A stretch of DNA of 37,318 nucleotides from a virus. Taxonomy: Duplodnaviria > Caudoviricetes. This document shows positions 1 through 7,657 of the stretch, in pieces. The position numbers and the translations under genes were made by a program. Within the stretch, counting starts at the first letter, position 1. Every line of letters starts with the position of its first letter. The notes under the pieces were generated by a model. It had not been told where the DNA came from, did no database searches, and saw only the letters and a list, made by a program, of their open reading frames with translations. The DNA is taken from IMG/VR virus record IMGVR_UViG_3300014208_001441, positions 1 to 37,318 of that record; one strand, given 5' to 3'.

Positions 1-576
1 ATGCCTATAAACATCCCAAATCTGCTCACGTGGTTACGTATCTTATTGATACCTGTATTCATCGCTGTCTTTTATGTCTCGGATGAGACATTGAGCATGT
101 ATCACAAACACATGCTGAGTTTTGCCATCTTCTGGCTTGCCTCGATCACAGATTGGCTGGATGGATATCTGGCGCGGGTCTTGAATCAAGGCTCGGCTTT
201 CGGCGCATTCCTCGACCCAGTCGCAGATAAGTTGATGGTCGTTGCTGCACTGGTCATTCTGCTCAACTTGGGTTACGTGGATGCCATCATCGCTTTCATC
301 ATCATCGGACGTGAGTTGACAATCTCAGCCTTGCGCGAGTGGATGGCACAGTTGGGTGGGAGCAAGAGTGTGGCGGTATCGATGATCGGTAAAGTGAAGA
401 CCGTGTTCCAGATGCTGGCCATCCAATTCCTCTTGTTCCATGAGCCACTATTCGGTATCTCTACGCAATGGGTCGGCACCTTGCTGATCTATCTCGCAGC
501 CATTCTTACACTGTGGTCGATGGTGTATTACCTGATGTTGGCTGCGCCACAAATAAAATCTCAAAATCGGAATTGA
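1..576 (+). CDS. pgsA: CDP-diacylglycerol--glycerol-3-phosphate 3-phosphatidyltransferase (host)
   Basis: NIPNLLT start and CDP-alcohol phosphotransferase motif DWLDGYLAR...GAFLDPVADK; hydrophobic helices. Confidence 0.95.
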   Translation: MPINIPNLLTWLRILLIPVFIAVFYVSDETLSMYHKHMLSFAIFWLASITDWLDGYLARVLNQGSAFGAFLDPVADKLMVVAALVILLNLGYVDAIIAFIIIGRELTISALREWMAQLGGSKSVAVSMIGKVKTVFQMLAIQFLLFHEPLFGISTQWVGTLLIYLAAILTLWSMVYYLMLAAPQIKSQNRN

Positions 577-607
577 TTTTCAACGCGCGGTCTGTATAAT
601 GCCGCGC
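573..607 (+). promoter_or_regulatory. sigma70 stable-RNA promoter of the tRNA operon
   Basis: TTGATT (573-578), 16 bp spacer, TATAAT (595-600), then GC-rich discriminator GCCGCGC just before tRNA-Pro. Confidence 0.7.
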
Positions 608-610
608 TCT

Positions 611-687
611 CGGGGTGTAGCGTAGCCTGGTAGCGCGCCTGGTTTGGGACCAGGATGTCGGGAGTTCGAATCTCTCCACCCCGACCA
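611..687 (+). tRNA. tRNA-Pro(TGG)
   Basis: Cloverleaf; anticodon arm CCTGG-TT-TGG-GA-CCAGG; GTTCGAATC T-loop; CCA end. Confidence 0.97.
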
Positions 688-727
688 GGTTCATGTAGCA
701 AGAAGTTTGTAGTATGCCGACCGAATT

Positions 728-804
728 GTGCCCGTAGCTCAACCGGATAGAGCACCAGCCTTCTAAGCTGGGGGTTGCTGGTTCGATTCCAGTCGGGCAC
801 ACCA
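728..804 (+). tRNA. tRNA-Arg(TCT)
   Basis: Acceptor GTGCCCG/CGGGCAC; anticodon arm CCAGC-CT-TCT-AA-GCTGG; CCA end. Confidence 0.97.
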
Positions 805-823
805 CAGACTTCAACGATTCAAC

Positions 824-900
824 GGTGGTCGTAGCTCAGTTGGTAGAGCCCTGGATTGTGATTCCAGTTGTCGTGGGTTCGAGCCCCATCGATCACCCCA
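824..900 (+). tRNA. tRNA-His(GTG); probable prophage attachment site (attL)
   Basis: G-1; anticodon arm CTGGA-TT-GTG-AT-TCCAG; C discriminator plus CCA; integrase gene ends inside its 3' end. Confidence 0.96.
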
Positions 901-1987
901 AGATACTAGCAGTTCCGCGATAGTCCTCACTAACATCTTCTTCGCTGTGGGTAGTTTCAGGGGGAGATGTGGGTGAGATCGTGAGGGATGCATTCTCGGC
1001 ATACCCTGCCACATATCCCGGCGCTAGATGCGCATATCGCAGCACCATGGTCATATCGGCCCACCCTCCCAACTGCCTCAAAACTTCCAACGGCGTTCCG
1101 CCCATAACGTGCCAGCTCGCCCATGTGTGACGCAAGTCATGGAAGGTTAGGCCAGCATCTATCTTTGCGCGATCAAGCGCTTCTACCCATGCTTTTGTTG
1201 TTGTGCGAATCACCGGCTGCTTGCGGTAGGTGAAGACATAGCGTGCGTCTCTGCATTGTTTTCCGTGCTTGTCGGTTTTCTCCCATCGTTCTTTAAGCAC
1301 AACCAGTGCATCTGCGTTGAGTGGAACCGGTATCGGCTTGCCTGCTTTGGCTTCGTCTGGCCATATCCATGCAACCTTTCGATCGCGGTCGATATTGTGC
1401 CAGGTGATGCCGGTGACGTTGGCACGGCGCAGGCCAGTGGCCAGGGCGAAGCGCGTCATCGCGGCGAGGTGATCAGGTAGCTCCGCGATGAGTGCGCGTG
1501 CTTGGTCGCGCGTGATCCATCGGAAGCGGTCCTTTGGCTCAGGTAAGTATGGGATCTTAGGCACAGCAGCGAGCTGGCTCTTGGCGTGGGCATAGTTGAG
1601 TACGGCGCTGACGATGGCGAGGAAGCGGTTGGCGGTAGCCGGTGCGCGGGTGGTCAGCAGCTCTTTGCGGATAGCCAGCAAGACGTCGGTGGTGATCTCG
1701 GTGATGGGCTTCCCGCTCAACTGCTCAGTGAGCCAGATCAAGCGAACGCGGTCGGTCTCAAAACTTGCTTTGTGGATGGCGTGTTCGTCCACCCAATCGA
1801 GGGCGGCTTCATCCCATGTCGCTATGCGCGCGTCGCCGAGTTTGATTTCTCTCCAAAGCTCAGCACGACGGCGGTCGTGGTATTCCTGCGCGGCTTGGCG
1901 GCTGGCCGTGCCAGTCGATTCCCTAATTCTTTGGCCGCCGATCTGCCACTCGCACCAGTAATTCGTCCCGCGCTTGTAGAGCGACAT
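893..1987 (-). CDS. int: Phage tyrosine integrase
   Basis: TGLRR, HDLRH, LGGW and RYAH catalytic motifs; N-terminal arm-binding-like segment; abuts tRNA. Confidence 0.95.
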   Translation of the reverse strand: MSLYKRGTNYWCEWQIGGQRIRESTGTASRQAAQEYHDRRRAELWREIKLGDARIATWDEAALDWVDEHAIHKASFETDRVRLIWLTEQLSGKPITEITTDVLLAIRKELLTTRAPATANRFLAIVSAVLNYAHAKSQLAAVPKIPYLPEPKDRFRWITRDQARALIAELPDHLAAMTRFALATGLRRANVTGITWHNIDRDRKVAWIWPDEAKAGKPIPVPLNADALVVLKERWEKTDKHGKQCRDARYVFTYRKQPVIRTTTKAWVEALDRAKIDAGLTFHDLRHTWASWHVMGGTPLEVLRQLGGWADMTMVLRYAHLAPGYVAGYAENASLTISPTSPPETTHSEEDVSEDYRGTASILG

Positions 1988-2175
1988 GCTTTTTCTCCAT
2001 CATTGTTTGGCGCGCGGTATTGTGCGCGCAGCCACTCAACCAGGTCAACGTCAAGAAATACCCAACATTTACCCGGCTTTGCCCCTGGCACCTCACCGGC
2101 GCGCGCCTTCGCTTCCAGCGTATGCGGGTGCAAGCGCAGGAATTCAGCAGCTTCAGTGAGGTCGAGGGTGCGCAT
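1822..2175 (-). CDS. Excisionase-like helix-turn-helix protein
   Basis: LDLTEAAEFLRLHPHTL...GEVPGAKPGKCWVF pattern; directly upstream of and overlapping int. Confidence 0.8.
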   Translation of the reverse strand: MRTLDLTEAAEFLRLHPHTLEAKARAGEVPGAKPGKCWVFLDVDLVEWLRAQYRAPNNDGEKACRSTSAGRITGASGRSAAKELGNRLARPAAKPRRNTTTAVVLSFGEKSNSATRA

Positions 2176-2177
2176 GG

Positions 2178-2792
2178 TTATGCCTTCACCACCTCAAACT
2201 CGACCACCCACACCCATGGGTTGGTGTTCCATGATCCTTCGCCGTTGATTGATTCCCAAAGGCGCGCGTAGCTTTCCTTCGCGCTGGGTGCACGGAACTT
2301 GTCATCTTCGACGTGGAATGCACCATCTTTTGTGCGACTGATTCCTTCCGCCCGCGCATCGGCCTCGCTGATGTCGTTCAGCCGCTCAACGCGGACGCTT
2401 ACTATCTCCAACAGGATGCGCGATGCGAAGCGCGGCATGTGGATGGATGGTGTCCACTTATCATCGAGGCGGTATTGCTGCGCGAACTCATCAGCTGCAT
2501 ACACGAACGGGCCATCTTCATCCGTTGCAGAACCGATTGACTGTAGATGGAATGCCCAGTTCTCGCGCACCCATAGAAGGTCTCCAACCTTCCCGTGCGG
2601 GCAGGAAAGTTCATCGATACTAAAGTCGCCAATCTTGGAAAGGTCCTCTGGTCTGTAAAGAATTTGTCCTTCGTAATCCATCCCCCACACATGGTGCTTG
2701 GGCAGCTTCACATCGCGTCGAGTCTGCGTTTTCGTGCCATTCAACACAGCGCGCACCATCGCGCCGTTCATTAGTATTGGGCGCTCTTTCAT
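2178..2792 (-). CDS. Conserved phage protein (ASCH/PUA-like)
   Basis: MKERPILMNGAMVRAVLNGTKTQTRR...PSIHMPR...NPWVWVVEF; start at 2792 has GGAGG SD and ATGA overlap with the RT stop. Confidence 0.7.
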   Translation of the reverse strand: MKERPILMNGAMVRAVLNGTKTQTRRDVKLPKHHVWGMDYEGQILYRPEDLSKIGDFSIDELSCPHGKVGDLLWVRENWAFHLQSIGSATDEDGPFVYAADEFAQQYRLDDKWTPSIHMPRFASRILLEIVSVRVERLNDISEADARAEGISRTKDGAFHVEDDKFRAPSAKESYARLWESINGEGSWNTNPWVWVVEFEVVKA

Positions 2793-3868
2793 GTGTGCCT
2801 CCTGAATATCTTGGTTAAATCCCCGCCAATGCAATGCCCGCGATACCTAAGCACGTTGGATAACTTCGCGCGCTGGTGGTAGCTGTGGGTGGATTGCCTG
2901 AATAGGCCGAAGTAGCTGTTGGCGGTTTCGAATAGATCCGCTGCATCGATGTCGCGCACTCTGGCCATCGCGGTATTGACGGTGCGTTTGCGGGTGACTC
3001 GGCGCCATGGTCTGATCACTTGGCCAACGAAGTCCACGCCGCGCTCTATCGGTTGCAGGATGGTCTTGGTTGGGTTGATACGCGCGTGCAGGTTGTCGCG
3101 CAGGAATTCTTCGATCTCCCACTTGGCCGCATTGAGCCACTGTGGCGATTCATGCAGCAGTAGGAAGTCGTCCACATAGCGGATGTAGTGCTTGGCCTTC
3201 AGCTTGTGCTTGCAGAACTTATCCAGCGTATCGAGGTAGACGTTGGCAAAGAACTGCGATGACAAGTTGCCGATCGGAAGCCCGAGGTGTGCCGGTTGGC
3301 TGGTGAGGCGCTTGTGTGCGGGCACTCGTTCAAGCAGCGCAGGGTTGCCGCGATACTCGAAGTCTTGGCGCGGATCGTGGAACAGGACCTGCTCGGCCAA
3401 CTGCAACCACCATCCGCTCACACGCTTGGCCAACAGGTCGCGCACGATGTGCTTGTCGATGCTGACGAAGAAGTTGGCGAGATCTAGTTTCAGGTAGTGC
3501 GCAGGCTTGCTCCAGTTCTGGGTGATGCTGCGCACCTTGGCTTCCAGACGCTGTGCACCGTAAAGTGTTCCACGCCCAGGGATGCAGGCACAGCTATCGG
3601 CGATGAAGCCAGCGTAGAAGCGTGGTGAGATGCGGTTGTACAGCAGGTGGTGCACGATGCGATCGCGGAACTCTGCCGCCCACACTTCGCGCGGCTTGGG
3701 TCGGGTGATGACGAAGCAAAGGCTCTTGCCTTGGCGATACGTGCCACTTCGCAGTTCATCTGCGAGTTGGCATAGGTTGGCTTCAAGGTTCAATTCGAAC
3801 GCGATGGCGCTCGGTTTGTTGCGTTTGGTGCGACGGCAATCTAGGTATGCCTGCACCAGTTCTTCCAT
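2789..3868 (-). CDS. DGR reverse transcriptase (start uncertain; frame open to 4141/4186)
   Basis: YVDD catalytic motif; DGR-type GLPIGNLSSQFFAN; FRDRIVH; LKLDLANFF. Confidence 0.95.
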   Translation of the reverse strand: MEELVQAYLDCRRTKRNKPSAIAFELNLEANLCQLADELRSGTYRQGKSLCFVITRPKPREVWAAEFRDRIVHHLLYNRISPRFYAGFIADSCACIPGRGTLYGAQRLEAKVRSITQNWSKPAHYLKLDLANFFVSIDKHIVRDLLAKRVSGWWLQLAEQVLFHDPRQDFEYRGNPALLERVPAHKRLTSQPAHLGLPIGNLSSQFFANVYLDTLDKFCKHKLKAKHYIRYVDDFLLLHESPQWLNAAKWEIEEFLRDNLHARINPTKTILQPIERGVDFVGQVIRPWRRVTRKRTVNTAMARVRDIDAADLFETANSYFGLFRQSTHSYHQRAKLSNVLRYRGHCIGGDLTKIFRRHT

Positions 3869-3899
3869 TGAAAAGTCAGCATGGTCGGCATCGGTTTGT

Positions 3900-3989
3900 T
3901 CTGCGGACGGCTCGCGCACGACAGGTGTTGCTCGTGATGATGTCGTACTGGTTTCCGTTATTGAAATTCTGATTCCAGGCGAAGCGCGT
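3900..3989 (-). repeat. DGR template repeat (TR)
   Basis: Coding strand ACGCGCTTCGCCTGGAATCAGAATTTCAATAACGGAAACCAGTACGACATCATCACGAGCAACACCTGTCGTGCGCGAGCCGTCCGCAGA; 26 A, six AAY codons; between avd and RT core. Confidence 0.93.
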
Positions 3990-4137
3990 CCTATTGTGCT
4001 ATCCACGTCGCCCTGCCGATCGCTCAGCAAGGAAACTGCGCCAGACCGAGCATGGGTATCTAGCCCACTGGTATCTGCGATGCGCATGTCGGTGGCTTTT
4101 GCCAGCGGCACAACCAGATCAAAAGTTCGCACAGTCA

Positions 4138-4506
4138 TCATGGCCGTGACCCTGATGAAGCGGGCGATGTTGCGGAACGACGCCATCCATTGGCCTGCTT
4201 GCCGATGCTGTTGGTGAGCTCGATGGCCTTAGCATACTGGCCGGTGGAGATCAGGCGCTTATCGCGAGACAGGCGCAACAGCAGCTCGACTACTTGTTGG
4301 CGTTCGACCAGCTCGATGAGGTGCGATGCTTTCTCCTGAGCCACATTGGCGCGGAAGATGAGCACGCTGATCTCTACCGCTTCGTCGCGTAACTTGCCGC
4401 CGATGCTTTGCTTGAAGTCGCGCGGCATGTTCTTGGCAAGGTCGGTGACGACATCGAGGAAGTCGTAGGCCACTTTGTAGATCGGCAGGTTGGTGTGGAG
4501 TGCCAT
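4138..4506 (-). CDS. avd: DGR accessory variability determinant (four-helix bundle)
   Basis: 122 aa helical protein, LPIYKVAYD...IGKQANGW, between targets and TR/RT. Confidence 0.88.
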   Translation of the reverse strand: MALHTNLPIYKVAYDFLDVVTDLAKNMPRDFKQSIGGKLRDEAVEISVLIFRANVAQEKASHLIELVERQQVVELLLRLSRDKRLISTGQYAKAIELTNSIGKQANGWRRSATSPASSGSRP

Positions 4507-4537
4507 GCTGATAAAACCAAATAATTAAATGGGTGAA

Positions 4538-4927
4538 TCAATCAATGATGATTCTGCGGACGGCTCGCGCACGACAGGTGCTGCTCGTGAAGAGGACGTC
4601 CTGGAATCCGTAAGCGAAAAGCTGATTCCAGGCGAAGCGCGTATCTGAATGCTTCTCACCAGACCAATACCAGCGCTCTTCGAACTCTTCCTTGAGGTTG
4701 GCGAACAACAAGGATTGCTCACGGCGGGTGGGGAGATCTCCGCCTGCCTTGGCAGCGAATTCCTGTGCTTGCTGGAATGTCACATCGTTGGCCTGACCCG
4801 GTAGCAGAATGATGTGATGGTCTGGATCTCCGTTCTTGCCGAGCAGGATGCCTGCGTAGGCTTCACCCTTCTTGAGGATGTTGGCCAAGAATTCCACCTT
4901 GGCGTTGGCTGTGCTGTTCTTCTTCAT
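4538..4927 (-). CDS. DGR target protein 1 (small CLec/DUF1566-like)
   Basis: LPTRREQSLLF, WYWS and RARAVRR motifs; C-terminal VR. Confidence 0.88.
   Translation of the reverse strand: MKKNSTANAKVEFLANILKKGEAYAGILLGKNGDPDHHIILLPGQANDVTFQQAQEFAAKAGGDLPTRREQSLLFANLKEEFEERWYWSGEKHSDTRFAWNQLFAYGFQDVLFTSSTCRARAVRRIIID
4553..4642 (-). repeat. DGR variable repeat VR1
   Basis: 12 mismatches to TR in 90 nt, 11 at TR adenines. Confidence 0.93.
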
Positions 4928-4959
4928 ATCGATCTCCTAATGACTGAATTGATGAGTGA

Positions 4960-5313
4960 CTAAATGGCTACTCTGCGGACGGCTCGCGCACGACAGGTGT
5001 CGCTCGTGATGATGTCGTACTGGTCTCCGCCACTGAAATCCTGACTCCAGGCGAAGCGCGTATCTTGGTGAAGCGTGTTGCTCCAATACCAATCCTCTTC
5101 GAAGCGGTCTTTCAGGTGCTTGAAGAGTAGGGATTGCTCGACACGATCCGGCAGGTCTCCACCGAGAGACTTCGCCCACTCCATCTGTGTGTTCCAGTCT
5201 GCATCGTCGTTGTCGCCATCCAACAGGATGATGTGGTGGCCGGTGCCGTCCGGATTGATGATGGCTCCGGCATAGATCTCGTTGTCTTTCAGTTCGGGTT
5301 TGTTCATGGTCAT
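4960..5313 (-). CDS. DGR target protein 2 (small CLec/DUF1566-like paralogue)
   Basis: YAG, HHIILL, GGDLP, EQSLLF and WYWS motifs shared with target 1; C-terminal VR. Confidence 0.88.
   Translation of the reverse strand: MTMNKPELKDNEIYAGAIINPDGTGHHIILLDGDNDDADWNTQMEWAKSLGGDLPDRVEQSLLFKHLKDRFEEDWYWSNTLHQDTRFAWSQDFSGGDQYDIITSDTCRARAVRRVAI
4972..5061 (-). repeat. DGR variable repeat VR2
   Basis: 7 mismatches to TR in 90 nt, all A-to-G. Confidence 0.93.
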
Positions 5314-5322
5314 GCTCCTTAG

Positions 5323-5634
5323 TTATTTAGATGTATGGCGAAGGACGTTTCCCTCTTGTATAACTTCGCCGGTGCGTATCTCTCTCACTTGTCCGCCTAT
5401 TGGTTTTGCTGGCGCTGTCAGCACTGGAATGAAGCCTGTGCCATTTCCTCCTAATACTTTCAGAGCTTCAACCTCAACCTTTGCGCTATTGATGATGGTC
5501 TGTGCAACGTCTTTGATTGCTGCCGCGCGCTCGATCTCCATCGGGTTTTCCTTGTCACTTAATGAGCGCAACGTATCGAAAAGCACGTTGCGCACCTGAG
5601 TGATGTCATTCTGCTGCTGGGTTTGTTCGCTCAT
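5323..5634 (-). CDS. Hypothetical phage protein
   Basis: 103 aa ORF overlapping the HNH gene end; EIERAAAIKDVAQTIINSAKVE. Confidence 0.7.
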   Translation of the reverse strand: MSEQTQQQNDITQVRNVLFDTLRSLSDKENPMEIERAAAIKDVAQTIINSAKVEVEALKVLGGNGTGFIPVLTAPAKPIGGQVREIRTGEVIQEGNVLRHTSK

Positions 5635-6271
5635 TTTTCAGTCTCCGTTTGATCTTTCTGGTGATAGCGCCGCTAAGGTTCATCAACTGCCTTAACTCTG
5701 GGGGGTAGTTGTGGATGGTGTAGCGCTGCATGTGTTCTTGTTTGGTGACGAGCAATAGGTTTGAAACATCGCAGTTCTCACGATTCCTATCAATGAACTC
5801 AAGCATCATTCCTTTTGGGATTGGTCCGTTGACCTCTTCCCACTTCATGTGATGGGTGAATTTCCATTTGTTTGGCTCGGCGACCTTCGTCTTAAAGTAG
5901 CCAATCGTTGCCATCACCGTCGTGCCAACTGGCAGGTGGTTGTGAGGAGTCATTCCTTTTTTGAATTGGGTTGCAACTCCGCCTGGGTAGCTGATCCCCT
6001 TCTTGCCTTTGTTATGTGAAACCCTGCCTTTTTGAAACCGTGTAGATCCACCCTTTACACCATCCAATCGGCCTGATGCAGGACTAGACTTGAATGCCTC
6101 TGACTTACACAGACCAAGCCGCTTGGCCTTGGCGTAGAGCACGCACATCTTCACGCCGAGTTCAGTAGCGATGTCTTCTGCGCGCTCGTTCGGATAGCGA
6201 GACTTGAGCAGATCAATCTCGGATTCGGTCCAGACCTTGCGGGGTGGCAATATGCCTCGGCTCTTGGTCAT
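5606..6271 (-). CDS. HNH endonuclease-family protein with N-terminal helical DNA-binding-like segment
   Basis: WTESEIDLLK; repeated TRFQKG/TQFKKG; H..WEEVNGPIPKG...DRNRENCDVSNL; start 6271 by SD and ATGA overlap. Confidence 0.7.
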   Translation of the reverse strand: MTKSRGILPPRKVWTESEIDLLKSRYPNERAEDIATELGVKMCVLYAKAKRLGLCKSEAFKSSPASGRLDGVKGGSTRFQKGRVSHNKGKKGISYPGGVATQFKKGMTPHNHLPVGTTVMATIGYFKTKVAEPNKWKFTHHMKWEEVNGPIPKGMMLEFIDRNRENCDVSNLLLVTKQEHMQRYTIHNYPPELRQLMNLSGAITRKIKRRLKNERTNPAAE

Positions 6272-6531
6272 GCCTTCCTCCGCAAAACCTTGACCAGGCG
6301 TGGGTGAGACCACATCGCGGCGATGATGCCGACAGGACCCCCATTGAGTGTGGCGAATATCTCTGACCACGTCATGCTTGGCACTGCATGCCAGATGAAT
6401 AGATTCAATCCGCCGATCGCATAGCTGGTGATGATGGCAAGCACGTGGTGATTGCCTTGCACGTTGAGCTGCTGCAGGCCAAGTGCGAATACGACCAGGG
6501 CGGAAGAAGTGAAGAGGGTGAGCTCGGTCAT
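6268..6531 (-). CDS. Small membrane protein
   Basis: Three hydrophobic segments; ATGA overlaps on both sides. Confidence 0.65.
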   Translation of the reverse strand: MTELTLFTSSALVVFALGLQQLNVQGNHHVLAIITSYAIGGLNLFIWHAVPSMTWSEIFATLNGGPVGIIAAMWSHPRLVKVLRRKA

Positions 6532-6743
6532 GCGATCCTCACTTCACGCCCATCATCTTTGATGAACAGATTAAGGTCGGCTAGGCGATACCTTCCACCT
6601 GGGCCACCACTCACGCAGTAGGCATCATCTATCGCATATATCTCCACCTCGAACGGACATCCCCAATGACCTTCTGAGGCCGTCTTGTTTTGATGGGCGT
6701 ACTTGCTGCTGCGTTTGATCTTCGCGTATATCTGTTGGCTCAT
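6528..6743 (-). CDS. Hypothetical protein
   Basis: MSQQIYAKIK start with GGAG SD and ATGA overlap. Confidence 0.55.
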   Translation of the reverse strand: MSQQIYAKIKRSSKYAHQNKTASEGHWGCPFEVEIYAIDDAYCVSGGPGGRYRLADLNLFIKDDGREVRIA

Positions 6744-7162
6744 GCCGCTCTCCTTTCTTCCAATCTCACCTCGCGCAGCTTCTGCATCGAGTTGTATAGG
6801 TCGTTGACGTTGAGGAACTGCAAGGCTTCCTCGGCTTTGTGAGTGGCGGCGGTTACAGTCGCCAGCTCGGTGATGTTCAGCGTCCATACGCCGGTGCGGT
6901 CGCCGCGTGCGGAGCATTCATTCATTGCACGCATCGCGCCTTCCAGCACTTTGATGACTGCGGGGTCTTTGCTGGGGTGGTGGAACAGTGCGCCCCAAAT
7001 GACGTTGAATGCCGCCGCGATACGGTCGAAGTTGTCTGTGTTGAAATGCCCAGCGCGCGCTGTCATCAGCGCGAAGTGCAGCTCTTGCCCGAACGAGTCG
7101 AGCAGTCCGCGCGTGATGGGTATCTTCACTTCGCGTGGTCGGTAGGGTTTGTTACGCTTCAT
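6740..7162 (-). CDS. Hypothetical phage protein
   Basis: MKRNKPYRPR start, ATGA-coupled. Confidence 0.65.
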   Translation of the reverse strand: MKRNKPYRPREVKIPITRGLLDSFGQELHFALMTARAGHFNTDNFDRIAAAFNVIWGALFHHPSKDPAVIKVLEGAMRAMNECSARGDRTGVWTLNITELATVTAATHKAEEALQFLNVNDLYNSMQKLREVRLEERRAA

Positions 7163-7332
7163 TGCCACTTTGGTTTCCTTTTCACTTCCAGTCTTCCGCA
7201 TCCACCAAGCTCTTTGATGTCCGTCTTGGTGCAGCGTCCGAATTCGTAGGGCTGCCACCATTGCAGCTTCACTTCGCTCGGCGTGACGCTGGCCGAGTAG
7301 AGCAGGGCAGCGATGGCGGCGATGATCCTCAC
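7159..7332 (-). CDS. Small hypothetical protein with hydrophobic N-terminus
   Basis: GTG start overlapping the upstream stop; fills the coupled gene chain. Confidence 0.4.
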   Translation of the reverse strand: MRIIAAIAALLYSASVTPSEVKLQWWQPYEFGRCTKTDIKELGGCGRLEVKRKPKWQ

Positions 7333-7502
7333 AGCGTTCGCTCTACCTTGTCCCACGCCTCGGCATGGGTGTGGTTCATGCCGCGATAGATGCGATAAAG
7401 CGCCATCTGCCTACGCTTTTTGCCAATCCATCTGGCGAGGCGGATGAGCCAATTCGGATTGCGTCGCTTAGCGATGCGCGGGATGTGTAGTCTTGAGTTC
7501 AT
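7329..7502 (-). CDS. Small basic hypothetical protein (57 aa, not in ORF track)
   Basis: MNSRLHIPRIAKRR...; GGAGG SD and ATGA overlap. Confidence 0.5.
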   Translation of the reverse strand: MNSRLHIPRIAKRRNPNWLIRLARWIGKKRRQMALYRIYRGMNHTHAEAWDKVERTL

Positions 7503-7657
7503 ACGGCCTCCATCGGTTTGCAGAAGATTCTCACCGGCTCTTTGGTGTCTGGCAGCATGCGGATGCCGATCAGCGTGGCCTGCATGGATGAGCGCGCGAT
7601 GACGTTGCGCACCGTGCGTGTGTGGCCGTGGATGAGGGTGATTAGGTAATGTTTCAT
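7499..7657 (-). CDS. Small hypothetical protein (52 aa, not in ORF track)
   Basis: MKHYLITLIHG...; ATGA overlaps on both sides. Confidence 0.5.
   Translation of the reverse strand: MKHYLITLIHGHTRTVRNVIARSSMQATLIGIRMLPDTKEPVRIFCKPMEAV

Larger units (their letters stand above)
2789..5313 (-). mobile_element. Diversity-generating retroelement: target2-target1-avd-TR-RT
   Basis: RT, Avd and three copies of a 90-nt repeat with adenine-specific mismatches. Confidence 0.95.

Noticed and set aside
506-1014. Minus-strand ORFs 506-814, 561-800 and 811-1014
   Set aside because: Antisense shadows of the tRNA genes
2789-3868. RT as a group II intron, retron or Abi RT
   Set aside because: Has the DGR-type SQ motif, adjacent Avd and TR/VR; no maturase or endonuclease extension
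3900-5061. Three near-identical repeats as a CRISPR array or simple duplication
   Set aside because: 90 nt long, two lie inside coding 3' ends, mismatches are adenine-specific and there are no cas genes: a DGR TR/VR set
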